From: Nostoc sp. DedSLP01 | Lineage (GTDB): Bacteria > Cyanobacteriota > Cyanobacteriia > Cyanobacteriales > Nostocaceae | Assembly: GCA_034530875.2 (NCBI GenBank) | Contig: JAVRCJ020000005.1 | Location: 300,662-364,661, forward strand | Direction of reading: 5' to 3' | DNA: 64,000 nt | Shown: positions 44,252 to 55,276 of the stretch, in pieces | How the letters are laid out: the number at the start of each line of letters is the position of its first letter | Position numbering within the stretch: the stretch's first letter is position 1 | Translations under genes and position numbers: made by a program | The notes under the pieces: model-generated | Seen by the model: the letters and a program-made list of their open reading frames with translations, nothing else | What the model was told of the DNA's origin: nothing | The model's database searches: none

Positions 44252-46171
44252 TTAAAGGTTGGCATTAACAAACTGCTGTTGTTTTAAAGGAATGACAATT
44301 ACAACAGTTGTACCCTCATCTGGAGATGAAATACATTCAAGGGTTCCATAATGATTTTTGGTCACAATTTGATAACTAATTGACATACCCATTCCCGTAC
44401 CTTTACCAATTGGTTTTGTAGTAAAGAACGGGTCGAAAATACGTTGTTTTATATTTTCTGGCATCCCTACACCATTGTCAGTAATTTTAATAGCAATCTG
44501 ATTTTTATTAATTATTTCTGTACGAATCTCAATAACACTAGGAGATTGTTGAATTTCTTCTTGAGTACGTTGTTTATCTCGTTCTTCTAAGGCATCGATA
44601 GCATTAGTTAAAATATTCATGAATACTTGATTCATCTGACCAGCATAGCACTCAACTAAAGGTAAATTTTCATATTCTTTAATAACTCGTATTCCTCGAG
44701 AATTAGGTTTTGCTTTCAAACGGTTTTCTAAAATTAATAAGGTACTATCAATTCCTTCATGAATATCAACTGTTTTATATTCTGCTTCATCTAGACGAGA
44801 AAAATTTCTTAGAGATAGGACTATTTGCCGAATGCGGTTTGCTCCTATTTTCATTGAAGCTAGTAGCTTAGGTAAATCTAGCATCAAAAATTCTAGGTCT
44901 ATAGCTGCAATTTGTGATTGAATAACTGGAACTGGAAAAGGGTAGTATTCTTGATATAAGTTAATCAGATTTAACAAGTCTTGAACGTAATCATGAGTAG
45001 GTGCAATATTGCCATAAATAAAGTTCACTGGATTATTTATTTCGTGAGCAATACCTGCTACTAGTTGCCCTAAAGAAGACATTTTTTCACTTTGGAGCAT
45101 TTGGGTTTGAGTGCGTTGTAATTCTTTCAACGCTTCTTCTAATTGTTCGGTTTGCTGTCTGAGTTGTGTTTCTGATTGTCGTAGTGCTTCTTCGGCGATT
45201 TTGCGATCGCGTGATTCAATTACTAGCCGTACAAAGTCAGTAATGGAGCTAATAAAGCTTTCTTCTTCTAATGTCCAGTGACGCTGAGTTCCCAAATGTT
45301 CGCAACAAACTACGCCAATCACCTCTCCTCTAGACCAAATCCTAGCATCTAACATTGAGCTAATTCCCAGTGGCGTTGTATAAGTTGCAGAAAATTCCGA
45401 AGTGCGAGGATCGGTATGAACATCAAAAACTGCAATTACTTGTTCTTCTTTTAAAGCTTGAAAATAAGCGGGAAAGTCACAGACAAGTAATTCAAAACCC
45501 TGACTGTGGTAATTCTTCTCACGTTCATATAAGTCAATACATTGGATTCCCAAACGTTTTTCTGTATATAACCAAACGCTTACGCGTTCGACATCAAGAC
45601 CTAAACTAGCCACTTGCGTTACATATTGAATCGCAATTTGAAAATCATCGTGTTGTAGTTTTTCACTTTGCACCAGCTGTTGTAAAGCATTACTATGTCT
45701 GCGAAAGCGTTTTTCTGTTTCTTGACGTTCGTGAATTTCCTGTTCTAACTGATTTATTGTTTGATGCAGTAAAGCAGCTTCAATTTTGCTTTTGGACTCA
45801 ATTCGCCGAATATATCCTATTAAAAATAAAACCCCAGCCTCATTTAAAAATAGACTTTTTCTCGTAGAGATGATATAGGTTTCACCTTGGGCATCTGTGA
45901 ATAATTCCTCATTTTCATCAGCCAAGCCTGTGGTGAATACGAGGTTATCTTTCTCCCAAGAAATATCTGCTTGTGCTTTACTGAAGAAATTATAGTCAGA
46001 TTTACCAATTAGTTCTGCTCTTTCATATCCGATGAACTCGCAGAAAGCATCATTTACAAACACCCAACAGTGTTGCCTGTCTTTGACAAAAATTGGATCT
46101 GTAATGCTGTTAAGAATACTCCACAAAAAAGCCTGAGAAGGTTGTTGCGAAACAGTGTCGAAAAATACCAT
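44252..46171 (-). CDS. PAS-GAF sensor histidine kinase
   Basis: PAS (DPIFVKD), GAF (GVVCCEH), H-box [20 protein letters not shown]. Confidence 0.92.
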   Translation of the reverse strand: MVFFDTVSQQPSQAFLWSILNSITDPIFVKDRQHCWVFVNDAFCEFIGYERAELIGKSDYNFFSKAQADISWEKDNLVFTTGLADENEELFTDAQGETYIISTRKSLFLNEAGVLFLIGYIRRIESKSKIEAALLHQTINQLEQEIHERQETEKRFRRHSNALQQLVQSEKLQHDDFQIAIQYVTQVASLGLDVERVSVWLYTEKRLGIQCIDLYEREKNYHSQGFELLVCDFPAYFQALKEEQVIAVFDVHTDPRTSEFSATYTTPLGISSMLDARIWSRGEVIGVVCCEHLGTQRHWTLEEESFISSITDFVRLVIESRDRKIAEEALRQSETQLRQQTEQLEEALKELQRTQTQMLQSEKMSSLGQLVAGIAHEINNPVNFIYGNIAPTHDYVQDLLNLINLYQEYYPFPVPVIQSQIAAIDLEFLMLDLPKLLASMKIGANRIRQIVLSLRNFSRLDEAEYKTVDIHEGIDSTLLILENRLKAKPNSRGIRVIKEYENLPLVECYAGQMNQVFMNILTNAIDALEERDKQRTQEEIQQSPSVIEIRTEIINKNQIAIKITDNGVGMPENIKQRIFDPFFTTKPIGKGTGMGMSISYQIVTKNHYGTLECISSPDEGTTVVIVIPLKQQQFVNANL

Positions 46172-46655
46172 CTTGCTTAATCCTGCAAGGTACTGACTTT
46201 CTTCTAGGCATTTCCTCCCAAAGGGATGAGTAGCTCAAAAGATTGTCTAAGTTTCCTTTAGTATGCCCAAGATGTCATTTAACTACACTACTCTCTAGTT
46301 AAAATTCCTTTTATTTACGAGGCGAAGCTGCGTATATAAGCTGTTACTAAACAGCTCATATAAATGCGTAGGTAGGGGCGTACAGTTGTATGCTCCTACA
46401 AATGATTCATCTGTTTCATGGATTGTTGTAAATTTTCTCACACTTTACACAGGTAATATCAAAGTGAGGAATTTGCTTAAGACAATTGGCAAAATCCGCA
46501 CCAAAAAGTATTCGGTTTCGCTCAACAGGAAAAATAACTGCTTGTTAGCTTAGAGAAGTGCCGATCGCAAACTCAATCTTGACTCACAGAGAGAACTATC
46601 AATAAGAGTTGTAATTAAATTTAAGACTGACAGTAAAAACTGTAGGTTTTAAGTT

Positions 46656-47573
46656 TTGCAGAAAAGTTTGATGCGAAGAAAAAACTGGTTTTTAATGACA
46701 GGATTTACCTCTTTAATTTTGACAATGTTTGTGTTGAAAAATTCTATGGATAAAACTCATACCATTACGGGAATATATACATTCGGCGACAGCCTTTCGG
46801 ATACAGGAATGGTATTCCAAGCGACAGGAAGAATGTATCCACCTAATCCAACTTATTTTCAGGGACGTTACTCGAATGGTAGAGTTTGGAGTGAGTATCT
46901 AAGCGATCGCTTGCATCTTTCCTCTAAACAAACTAACAATTTTGCTTACGGAGGAGCAACCACCGGCGCTACTAGCAACAGTTATGTACCTAGTTTACTC
47001 AACCAAGTCCAGTCTTTTACCCATACCAATAAAAAGGCCAATCCAGATGGTTTATATGTTTTATGGGCAGGGGCAAATGATTATTTACAGGGAGTAAACA
47101 ATGCTAGTGTTCCTGTGAAAAATACGATTAGTGCAATTAACTTACTCGCTGATACAGGTGCGAGAAAAATTTTGGTAGCCAATTTACCAGATTTAGGACA
47201 GTTACCTGCAACAAAAAGCACTGCTAATTCTGCAAATTTGAGTGCATTAACGCAAGCACATAATCAAACTTTAAGACGCTCGATTAAAGTATTGACTCAA
47301 CAAAATCCCCAGCTTCAGATTGCCATTTTAGATGCTAACAGCTTATACCGAGATGCAATGGTAAATCCGGCAGCATTTGGTTTGACAAATGTTATGAGTT
47401 CCTGTTTGTCTGGCTCTAGCATCTGTCATAATCCAGAACAATTTTTGTTCTGGGATGGGATTCATCCTACAACTGCGGCTCATCGGATTATAGCAGAAGA
47501 TGCTTTTACAACGATTCAAGAAGCAGGAATGGTTAATTCTAATTCAATACAAATTGGTTCCATAGAACGCTAA
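46656..47573 (+). CDS. GDSL/SGNH lipase-esterase, probably exported
   Basis: FGDSLSDTG, GRYSNG, GANDY, FWDGIHPT. Confidence 0.92.
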   Translation: MQKSLMRRKNWFLMTGFTSLILTMFVLKNSMDKTHTITGIYTFGDSLSDTGMVFQATGRMYPPNPTYFQGRYSNGRVWSEYLSDRLHLSSKQTNNFAYGGATTGATSNSYVPSLLNQVQSFTHTNKKANPDGLYVLWAGANDYLQGVNNASVPVKNTISAINLLADTGARKILVANLPDLGQLPATKSTANSANLSALTQAHNQTLRRSIKVLTQQNPQLQIAILDANSLYRDAMVNPAAFGLTNVMSSCLSGSSICHNPEQFLFWDGIHPTTAAHRIIAEDAFTTIQEAGMVNSNSIQIGSIER

Positions 47574-47831
47574 GAGCAGCCACATCCAAATTTAGATTTT
47601 GCTCTTAGTAATTAATACGATGATTTTGATTTTTTTGTGGGATAGGCAAGATGCCTCTCCCTTATTTTTTTAGCTGGCAAAATTCTCAGCCAGCAAGAAT
47701 AAAAATATTATTTATCTTTATCTCTGCATTCAGAAGTTTATGCAATCAAAATCTGAAAATATATTACTCAAGATATACGAATCTCAACTAAAGATTTTCT
47801 ACCGTGAAAGCGTAAAATTCCGGCTGAGATT

Positions 47832-49496
47832 ATGGCAAACTTTACTATTGGCGACTATTTAGTATATCGTCTGGCGCAGATTGGCATCCAACATATCTTC
47901 GGTGTTGCTGGAGATTATAATATGGAGTTTCTTGACTTTATTGTTAAGAGCGATCGCGTTAAGTTAATTCCGGCTTGCAACGAACTCAACGCATCCTACG
48001 CAGCCGATGGCTATGGTCGAATTAATGGTGTTGCCGCATTAGTAACTACCTTTGGGGTTGGCGAACTCAGCGCTATTAATGGTGTTGCTGGCGCTTATGC
48101 CGAACACGTTCCTGTGGTAGTAATTACTGGCTCTCCTGCTACTAAAATTCAATCATCCGGTTCAGTTGTTCACCATACCCTTGGTACTGGCGATTTTTCT
48201 CTGTTTGCCCGCATGTATGAAAAGGTAACGGTAGCTCAAGCATATTTAACAATAGATAATGCCACCGCAGAAATCGATCGAGTTTTGGGTGTGTGCCTGC
48301 TCAAAAAGTTGCCTGTTTACATTTCCATCCCGATGGACGTTGCAACGCATGAGATCGCTACCCCATCTGATTCGCTCTCCCTTCCTGACTTCCAAAGCGA
48401 TGCAGCGACTTTAGCCGAGGTTGTTGATGCTTGTGTAGAGATGCTGGAAAAATCCTCGAAACCAGTTATTCTTGCTGATATTGGCGTGGCTCGTTATCAT
48501 TTACATCAACAATTGCGAGAATTGTTAACAGCTACTGGATACCCTTATGCCACCTTGAACATGGGTAAAGGATTGCTGGAAGAAACCCATCCCCAATTCA
48601 TCGGCATATATGGTGGTGCTGCTAGCCAAGAAAATGTACGAATGCGTATTGAACAGGCAGATTGTGTTTTGAGTATCGGTGTTTTAATGACCGACCTTAG
48701 CACAGCCAAGTTTTCAGCCAAACTCGATCCTAGTCATACTATCGAACTGCATGGTGAATCTGTAAAAATTAAACGAGCTTTATACAAGAATGTCGGTATG
48801 GCAGATTTAATTCCTGCTTTAAGCCAACGCTTGCAGCACCGCGATGCTCAAACGCTTAATTTTAAGTCAGCAACAGAGAATTTAGATCCTGTTTTTACAA
48901 CTCCTTTAGCAAGTGATTCTACTGCACCTATTACACAAGAATATTTTTGGCGTCGATTTGCTCATTTTCTGCAAGAAGATGACATTATCGTTGCTGAGAC
49001 TGGAACTTGTTTATTTGGTGCCTCAGTTGTTCCTTTACCAAAAGCAGCTACCTTTATTGGGCAAGTACTTTGGGGTTCTATTGGCTATTCTGTTGGCTCA
49101 TTACTTGGCTGTTGCGTCGCCGCGCCACAACGTCGCTCTATCTTAGTAGTTGGTGACGGATCTTTTCAAATGACAGGACAAGAACTATCTACTATTTTCC
49201 GCTACAACTTCAAACCGATTGTTTTTCTGATTAACAATGATGGATACACCATAGAACGTGATATCCACGGCGAACGGATGCCCTATAACGATATTCAACC
49301 TTGGAATTATCATCAACTGCCTGAGGTTTTTGCTGGCAATGGCTGGGGAATTAAAGTCAGTACTCAATCTCAATTAGAGGCTGCATTGCAAAAAGCCGAA
49401 CAAAACCAAGATAAACTTGCTTTCATTGAAGTGGTGATGGACAAAATGGACAGCCCAGAAATTCTTTTGAAGATGTTGCATCCGCAAAGCAACTGA
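47832..49496 (+). CDS. ThDP-dependent alpha-keto acid decarboxylase (indolepyruvate/pyruvate decarboxylase family)
   Basis: FGVAGDYN, CNELNASYAADGY, VHHTLG, GDGSFQMT, NNDGYTIER. Confidence 0.9.
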   Translation: MANFTIGDYLVYRLAQIGIQHIFGVAGDYNMEFLDFIVKSDRVKLIPACNELNASYAADGYGRINGVAALVTTFGVGELSAINGVAGAYAEHVPVVVITGSPATKIQSSGSVVHHTLGTGDFSLFARMYEKVTVAQAYLTIDNATAEIDRVLGVCLLKKLPVYISIPMDVATHEIATPSDSLSLPDFQSDAATLAEVVDACVEMLEKSSKPVILADIGVARYHLHQQLRELLTATGYPYATLNMGKGLLEETHPQFIGIYGGAASQENVRMRIEQADCVLSIGVLMTDLSTAKFSAKLDPSHTIELHGESVKIKRALYKNVGMADLIPALSQRLQHRDAQTLNFKSATENLDPVFTTPLASDSTAPITQEYFWRRFAHFLQEDDIIVAETGTCLFGASVVPLPKAATFIGQVLWGSIGYSVGSLLGCCVAAPQRRSILVVGDGSFQMTGQELSTIFRYNFKPIVFLINNDGYTIERDIHGERMPYNDIQPWNYHQLPEVFAGNGWGIKVSTQSQLEAALQKAEQNQDKLAFIEVVMDKMDSPEILLKMLHPQSN

Positions 49497-50021
49497 GGAA
49501 ATAATTCGTAATTCGTAATTCGTAATACTTACTAAGGCGTGAAAAGCAAACTACGTAATTCGTAATGGGCTTCTTTAGGAGAGGTTAGCGCCTAACTTGC
49601 TTCTTTGTAGGAGTACGCCACGTCGTGAAGACAGTAATTGTTGCCCAAAGATTTGAGTCGGAGGCTAAAAAAAAGGAATTATGTTTTGAATTCCATCAAG
49701 AATTGAGGAGTAATTGCTGATTATTCATCCCCACCTGCTACCCTGAGGGTGGGGACTTTTGCGTAGCCTTAAGTCGCTAAAATTCATCGTCGCCTCTTTT
49801 TGTGCTACTGCGCGGGAATCCAATATTACTGAAGCCCAAACAAATCATTTCCCATCCAGTTACCAGGGTGAGCTAATGATACTTTCACGAGTAATACCAA
49901 TTCTCTAAGGTTTGATAAAAACAATTAACCCTTAAAATTCCTTTAAGGTTTACCGCAAGGTTTTTTTAACCTATTGTCAGTAGTGTAAAAGTTCTGGCAT
50001 TTCAAGCTACTTTGTCAACTA

Positions 50022-50840
50022 ATGCCAACTCTGCTCTTAACAAAGGTATGGAAGCCTCAAACCAAATCTAAAGTTACTATGAACAAACAATCATTTAACT
50101 ACAAATACTCAATTATTCCGCTATTAGGCGCTTTAATTGTTAGCAACGGATTTTTCTCCAAAGTATCTGCTCAAAACATTTCTGCTCCAGATAGTACTGA
50201 TTCTGAAGCAGTCAGTATCAAAAACCAAGATTTTCCCCAGTGGGGATATTACACAGTACGAAGGGATTTTCGCAGATGTGTTTCTCCTATATGTGGGGGA
50301 TATTTCATTAAGCAGGTAAACTTAAAAGCTACTCCTTGCGTTGATGGCGTTTTTCGTGAGGAATGCTACGTGTCTGCAATTGATTGGAGTTCCCTGAAAG
50401 TCTCAGCTTCACAACTGGCAAAGATTCAAAGTGATGATGGTAGCCGTGTGATTCTCAGAGGTAGTATAGTTCCAGTGCAATTTCCTGGATTCGGTGAGTT
50501 TGGGAATTTGAGAGTTAAAGAAGCCTTCATAGCCGCTACAAATACCCCGGTGAAAGGTACTTTTGTGGGACTAAAAGACAATGGCATTCGTTGCATCACA
50601 ACTCCTTGCTTCTCCACAGATCGACTTGTTTTGAATCAACCTAAGATTTTTCAAGTTTCGTCAATCGATTTGAATCAAACGGGTGCAACACCAAAACAAA
50701 TTGAAGCAGCAACAAGAGAAATTTTCGCTAAAGGGTTGATTACTGTAGGTAGAACTCAGGTAGTAGGCAACTCAGATCCAACCAAGAGAGATACTAAGTT
50801 TGTGGCTACACAATTTTATTTGAGAGTGGAATCGAACTAA
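50022..50840 (+). CDS. Secreted Cys-containing hypothetical protein (possibly DUF6748-like)
   Basis: Signal peptide; RRDFRRCVSPICGG and GIRCITTPC; true start may be a downstream Met. Confidence 0.65.
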   Translation: MPTLLLTKVWKPQTKSKVTMNKQSFNYKYSIIPLLGALIVSNGFFSKVSAQNISAPDSTDSEAVSIKNQDFPQWGYYTVRRDFRRCVSPICGGYFIKQVNLKATPCVDGVFREECYVSAIDWSSLKVSASQLAKIQSDDGSRVILRGSIVPVQFPGFGEFGNLRVKEAFIAATNTPVKGTFVGLKDNGIRCITTPCFSTDRLVLNQPKIFQVSSIDLNQTGATPKQIEAATREIFAKGLITVGRTQVVGNSDPTKRDTKFVATQFYLRVESN

Positions 50841-51399
50841 AGAAATGTAATATATCCAATTTCTGCTCTTATTTTGATGATAAAAACTGCTCTGGTTTTA
50901 CTCCAGAGCAGTTTGAGATTGGAAAAGATAGATTTTATTTATGAGAGAGCTTTTAAATTTTTAGCTCTCGGTTTACATATAGTGAATTTGGTATGTAGTT
51001 GGATACAGTTTGCTCTGTACCTTTTCCGCAAAACGGGAAAAAATATTTTGGGCGATCGCGGTAGATTGTAATTGACCCATTCAAGGTTATCTTCGTCACT
51101 AGTTCATCCTGAAACCATTCGATATCCAATTGAATTTTTTTGATTTATTAAGATTATTGTATTATTATTACTATTAGTTTATAACTCAAGTTTTATAGCT
51201 CTACATGTAACATCAAATTACAGAAATTTTTAGATCTGAAGATATATTTAAAACTCGATAGTTACCATTGGTAAAAAGAATATATACAAATACCTTATAT
51301 TCAACAAAAGAAATCTAAAATTCTGTTTTCCGAAATTGTACGAATTTTGCTTCAAACTAATATTTATGGAAATATTTTTTTAAAACGAGGGGATGAGAT

Positions 51400-51567
51400 A
51401 TGAGTTTGATAGATGGTTTATTCCTGACCCTGTTAAATGCTCTTGCTTGCCTAGCACTGCCTAAGCTGTTATCTCTAATTCTGTCTGGTAAGAATGAGAA
51501 CGCTGTACTATCACCCTCTGCCGTAACTTCAGAAGATTCTAGCTCTCAAATTGCCACATTGTCTTAA
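51400..51567 (+). CDS. 55-aa small membrane protein (not in ORF track)
   Basis: MSLIDGLFLTLLNALACLALPKLLSLILSGKNENAVLSPSAVTSEDSSSQIATLS*; GAGGGG upstream, 13-bp inverted repeat (51586-51637) downstream. Confidence 0.6.
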   Translation: MSLIDGLFLTLLNALACLALPKLLSLILSGKNENAVLSPSAVTSEDSSSQIATLS

Positions 51568-51675
51568 TCTCAGCTAATTATTTATAGATATCGCCTTGAT
51601 GAGGAGAAAATTGAGCGATTAGTGCAAGGCGATATCTGCACAAGTCAAAAGTAAAAATTTCCAAGAAAAAATTTA

Positions 51676-52866
51676 TTATTCATTTGTGCTTGGCGTTGTG
51701 ATTTTAGGTCTAACGATAATCAAAAATGCAAGCAAAGTAAAAATTAACATTTGCCAAGTTACCAAATCCCAGCCGCCAAGCCTCCAGCATAATAGACCAA
51801 TGCTAGTACCTACCGCACCACCGATGAAATAGGTAGTCATATAAACTGTGTTGATGCGACTATTGGATTGAGCATCAAGAGTATATATCCTAGCAACATT
51901 AGTGACCTGCGTTGCCTGTACGCCTACATCTACTAACAATACAGCAACAGCGATCGCCAGTGCAGAATGAGCAGCAACTTTAGCAATTACTAAACTTGCA
52001 ATCACCATCGATACAGCAAGAGTTAAAGAACGTTGAGAGTTACCGCGATCGGCTAGTCTACCAAAAACTGGCGCCATCAATGCACCTGCGATCGCCACAA
52101 AGCCATACATCCCAATTGTGTCAGATTGAAAATTAAAAGGCGCTCCGCTTAAATGGAAAGTCAGCGTCGTCCAAAATGAGCAAAATACGCCAAACAATAA
52201 CCCGCCAATTAAAGATGCTTCCCTTAATAATGGAAAACGTTTTAATTGGTAGAGTGTTGATTTTAATAATTCTAGATAATAACCACTAAAAGCATTTTTA
52301 ACATTTGGTAAATATATCTTTAATAAGACAGTAATAATTAAAATCATTCCTGCCGAAAATCCGTATACATAACGCCAACCTAACCATTCAGCAACATACC
52401 CGCTAAAAACTCTTGCTCCTAAAACACCAATCAATATACCAGTAAAAATATTGCCGACAGTTTGGCCTGTAGTTACTCTATCTATACTTGCTGCTAAGGG
52501 AAGAATAACCTGGGCTGAGACTGTCGTAATCCCAATTGCTATGCTTAATATCCAAACTTGGACGATGTTTTGTGCAAATGTAATGAACATCAACAAACAG
52601 AACAAACATGTCAACAAGCTCAGAATTAATTTTTTCTTGTTGATTTTATCGCCCAAGGGAATTAAAAAGAAAAGCCCAAAACCGTAACCTACTTGCGAAA
52701 GTACAGATATGCTACCCGCTTCGCCTTCACTGACTCGAAAAGAAGATGCAATATCTTTGAGAATTGGCTGATTATAATAAACGTTAGCAACACATACACC
52801 AGCTGCGATCGCCATAATCAGTACTTGGACTTTAGTTAATCCGTTACTTGAGATTTGTTTTTCCAT
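51676..52866 (-). CDS. MFS transporter
   Basis: ANVYYNQPIL, PLGD, GWRYVY, SRINTVYM. Confidence 0.9.
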   Translation of the reverse strand: MEKQISSNGLTKVQVLIMAIAAGVCVANVYYNQPILKDIASSFRVSEGEAGSISVLSQVGYGFGLFFLIPLGDKINKKKLILSLLTCLFCLLMFITFAQNIVQVWILSIAIGITTVSAQVILPLAASIDRVTTGQTVGNIFTGILIGVLGARVFSGYVAEWLGWRYVYGFSAGMILIITVLLKIYLPNVKNAFSGYYLELLKSTLYQLKRFPLLREASLIGGLLFGVFCSFWTTLTFHLSGAPFNFQSDTIGMYGFVAIAGALMAPVFGRLADRGNSQRSLTLAVSMVIASLVIAKVAAHSALAIAVAVLLVDVGVQATQVTNVARIYTLDAQSNSRINTVYMTTYFIGGAVGTSIGLLCWRLGGWDLVTWQMLIFTLLAFLIIVRPKITTPSTNE

Positions 52867-53028
52867 TCAACTTTCTTTAAAAATATTTAAAAGCTTTTAG
52901 TCTACTTCAATAGAGGTTAGCTATTAGCTTGGAAATGAATTCCCAGGTGGGTGAGCAAGCCAACAGTTAAGCTATTTCTAACTTAAGTTGGCACTAATGC
53001 TTACACCCTACCACCTACACCATCTTGA

Positions 53029-53964
53029 TTAGGAAATAGACAAAACCCAATCGCGTAAAAGTTGGTTTACTTTATCAGGTATTTCATCATGGGGACAATG
53101 ACCTGCCATTAAGAAATGTTCTGTAAGTTGAGGATAATATTGACGAAACTTTTGAGAACGTTCTCTAGCATTCATCCAAGGATCTGCTTCTCCCCATAAC
53201 ATCAACAAAGGACAAGTTAACTGCTTGAGTAGCACATCAACTTTCTCTCCTTGAGGCGTGCTAAAAACAGAAACAAACACATCCATTGCTCCAGGGTCGT
53301 AAGCTGGGCGAGAAATTTCTTCTACTAATTGGTCTGTAATTGCACTCTTGTCTAGGTAAACCTTTTCTAAAGTTTGGCGAATTACCCAAGTTTGTCGCAC
53401 ATATTGAAATAGTAGAAACTGGGCTAAAGGCTGTTGAAACATCCACTTAACCGAGTCACCCAAGAGTTTTTGTAAAGAAGAGGGTTGTTTGGGAGGTTGA
53501 ATTTGGCTTTGTAAAGCTTCAGGTTCCGGTGTAGGCTGACTTTCGCTAAACGGGCCAGCGCTATTGAGTAACACTAAACCAGCCGCACTATCAGGACGTT
53601 GTGCTGCAACACACAAACTCGCATAGCCACCAAGAGAATTACCTGCCAAAACTGCTTTTTCACCGATCGCTTCACTGATAAAATCGTGAAGTTGGTCGCG
53701 CCATAAATCGCCACTGTACTGCAATTTTGGTTTTGCCGATCGCCCAAATCCCAAAAGGTCGATAGCAAATACTTCAAAATCTTGAGACAATCCCGTGATA
53801 TTCTTGCGCCAGTGGTCTGTAGAAGCACCAAATCCATGCACCAAAAGCAAAGGCGGACGCTGCCCTTGCTTTTCTCCCGCACGCACATAGTAAACATTGT
53901 GCCCACGCCACTGCCAGTATTTACCAGGAATTGGAGTTGTAGAGGGCGCTGTAGTTGCCTGCAT
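53029..53964 (-). CDS. Alpha/beta-fold hydrolase
   Basis: LVHGFGASTDHW, GNSLGG, GHCPHDE; true start MQATTAPS at 53964 (the poly-Pro extension comes from the G-rich tract). Confidence 0.9.
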   Translation of the reverse strand: MQATTAPSTTPIPGKYWQWRGHNVYYVRAGEKQGQRPPLLLVHGFGASTDHWRKNITGLSQDFEVFAIDLLGFGRSAKPKLQYSGDLWRDQLHDFISEAIGEKAVLAGNSLGGYASLCVAAQRPDSAAGLVLLNSAGPFSESQPTPEPEALQSQIQPPKQPSSLQKLLGDSVKWMFQQPLAQFLLFQYVRQTWVIRQTLEKVYLDKSAITDQLVEEISRPAYDPGAMDVFVSVFSTPQGEKVDVLLKQLTCPLLMLWGEADPWMNARERSQKFRQYYPQLTEHFLMAGHCPHDEIPDKVNQLLRDWVLSIS

Positions 53965-54020
53965 GATATAAACAAATGTGAAGTAGCCTTTAATAATTGT
54001 AGAGTAGGTGACGGGTGAGA

Positions 54021-54291
54021 GTGTGGGAGGTGTGGGAGGTGTGGGGGGTGTGGGAGGTGTGGGAGGTGTGGGGGGTGTGGGAGGTGTGGGGGGTGTGGGA
54101 GGTGTGGGAGGTGTGCCGGCGCCGCCCCGCCCTAAACCCTCTCCTGGCCGCCCCCCCCCCCCCCCCCCCCGCGGGGGGGGGGGGGGGGGGCGCGGGGGGG
54201 GGGGGGGGGGGGGGGGCGGGGGGGGGGGGGGGGGGGGGGGGGGCGGGGGGGGGGGGGGGGGTGGTGTGGGAGGTGTGGGGGGTGTGGGAGG
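54021..54291. repeat. G-rich 9-mer tandem repeat (GTGTGGGAG/GTGTGGGGG) with poly-G/poly-C core
   Basis: Directly visible; the core ~54115-54262 is homopolymeric and of doubtful quality. Confidence 0.75.
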
Positions 54292-54362
54292 AATAACCAA
54301 TGACCAATGACCAATGACTAATGACTAATGACTAATGACTAATGACTAATGACTAATGACTA
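54292..54362 (+). repeat. Heptamer STRR (AATGACC/AATGACT)n running into the aroE start codon
   Basis: About ten tandem 7-mers; the last supplies ATG ACT. Confidence 0.85.
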
Positions 54363-55276
54363 AATTAATTACAGGCAAAACTAAACTTTTAGGAGTTATC
54401 GGACATCCGGTGGAACATTCACTGTCGCCGGTGATGCATAATGCAGCGTTAGCGCAGCTCGTCGTTCGCGTAGCGTCTCGTAGAGAAGACATCGCTGATT
54501 TGGGATTAGATTATGTTTATCTGCCTTTTCCCATAGCACCAGAAAATTTGGAAATTGCGATCGCAGGTTTTGCAGCGTTTGATATTGTCGGTTTTAACGT
54601 CACAATTCCTCATAAACAAGCAATTATACCCTTACTCACAGAAATTACACCTATTGCTCAAACTATTGGAGCAGTGAATACTGTTAGCCGTAAAAATGGC
54701 AAATGGGTAGGTACAAACACGGATATTGAAGGATTTATCGCTCCTTTGCAGACAACATACAAACAAGATTGGAGTCAAAAGGTCGCGGTAATTTTAGGCA
54801 ATGGTGGTGCAGCTAGGGCAGTTGTTGCAGGTTGTCACCAACTCGGTTTTGCCAAAATTTATGTATTGGGACGCAATGTGCAGAAATTACAAGCATTTTG
54901 CGATAGTTGGAGTAATCCAGCTATCGAAGAGAATTTGCAAGTCGGTACATGGGATGAACTAGCAAAATTGATTCCCCAAGCAGATTTGTTAGTCAATACA
55001 ACCCCCATCGGGATGTATCCCAAAGTTGATGAATCGCCTTTGAGTGCAGAAGAAATAGGGCAATTGCCCCAAGGTGCGATCGCTTATGACTTAATATATA
55101 TTCCTAAACCAACACAATTTCTAAAGCTTGCACAAAAGCAAGGCGCAATTGCGATCGATGGATTAGAAATGCTAGTCCAACAAGGGGTAGCAGCATTAAA
55201 AATCTGGTTGCAGCAAGAAACTATACCTGTAGAAGTCATGCGCCAAGCATTGAGAAAGCATCTGAATTTGGAGTAA
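54356..55276 (+). CDS. aroE: Shikimate dehydrogenase, with a 14-aa in-frame insertion
   Basis: GHPVEHSLSPVMHN, NVTIPHK, GAVNT, NTD, DGLEMLVQQG. Confidence 0.95.
   Translation: MTKLITGKTKLLGVIGHPVEHSLSPVMHNAALAQLVVRVASRREDIADLGLDYVYLPFPIAPENLEIAIAGFAAFDIVGFNVTIPHKQAIIPLLTEITPIAQTIGAVNTVSRKNGKWVGTNTDIEGFIAPLQTTYKQDWSQKVAVILGNGGAARAVVAGCHQLGFAKIYVLGRNVQKLQAFCDSWSNPAIEENLQVGTWDELAKLIPQADLLVNTTPIGMYPKVDESPLSAEEIGQLPQGAIAYDLIYIPKPTQFLKLAQKQGAIAIDGLEMLVQQGVAALKIWLQQETIPVEVMRQALRKHLNLE
54449..54490. mobile_element. Nested 21+21-nt small dispersed repeats inserted in a HIP1 site
   Basis: GCG|TTAGCGCAGCTCGTCGT[TCGCGTAGCGTCTCGTAGAGA]AGAC|ATCGC; removing 42 nt restores GCGATCGC and ...HNAAIADLGLDY. Confidence 0.75.

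Noticed and set aside
53965..54314. Poly-Pro/poly-Gly ORFs (53990-54307, 54008-54310, 54015-54296, 54132-54314) and the Pro-rich N-terminus of 53029-54300
   Set aside because: Products of the G-rich repeat and a probable sequencing artefact; the hydrolase has its own ATG at 53964.
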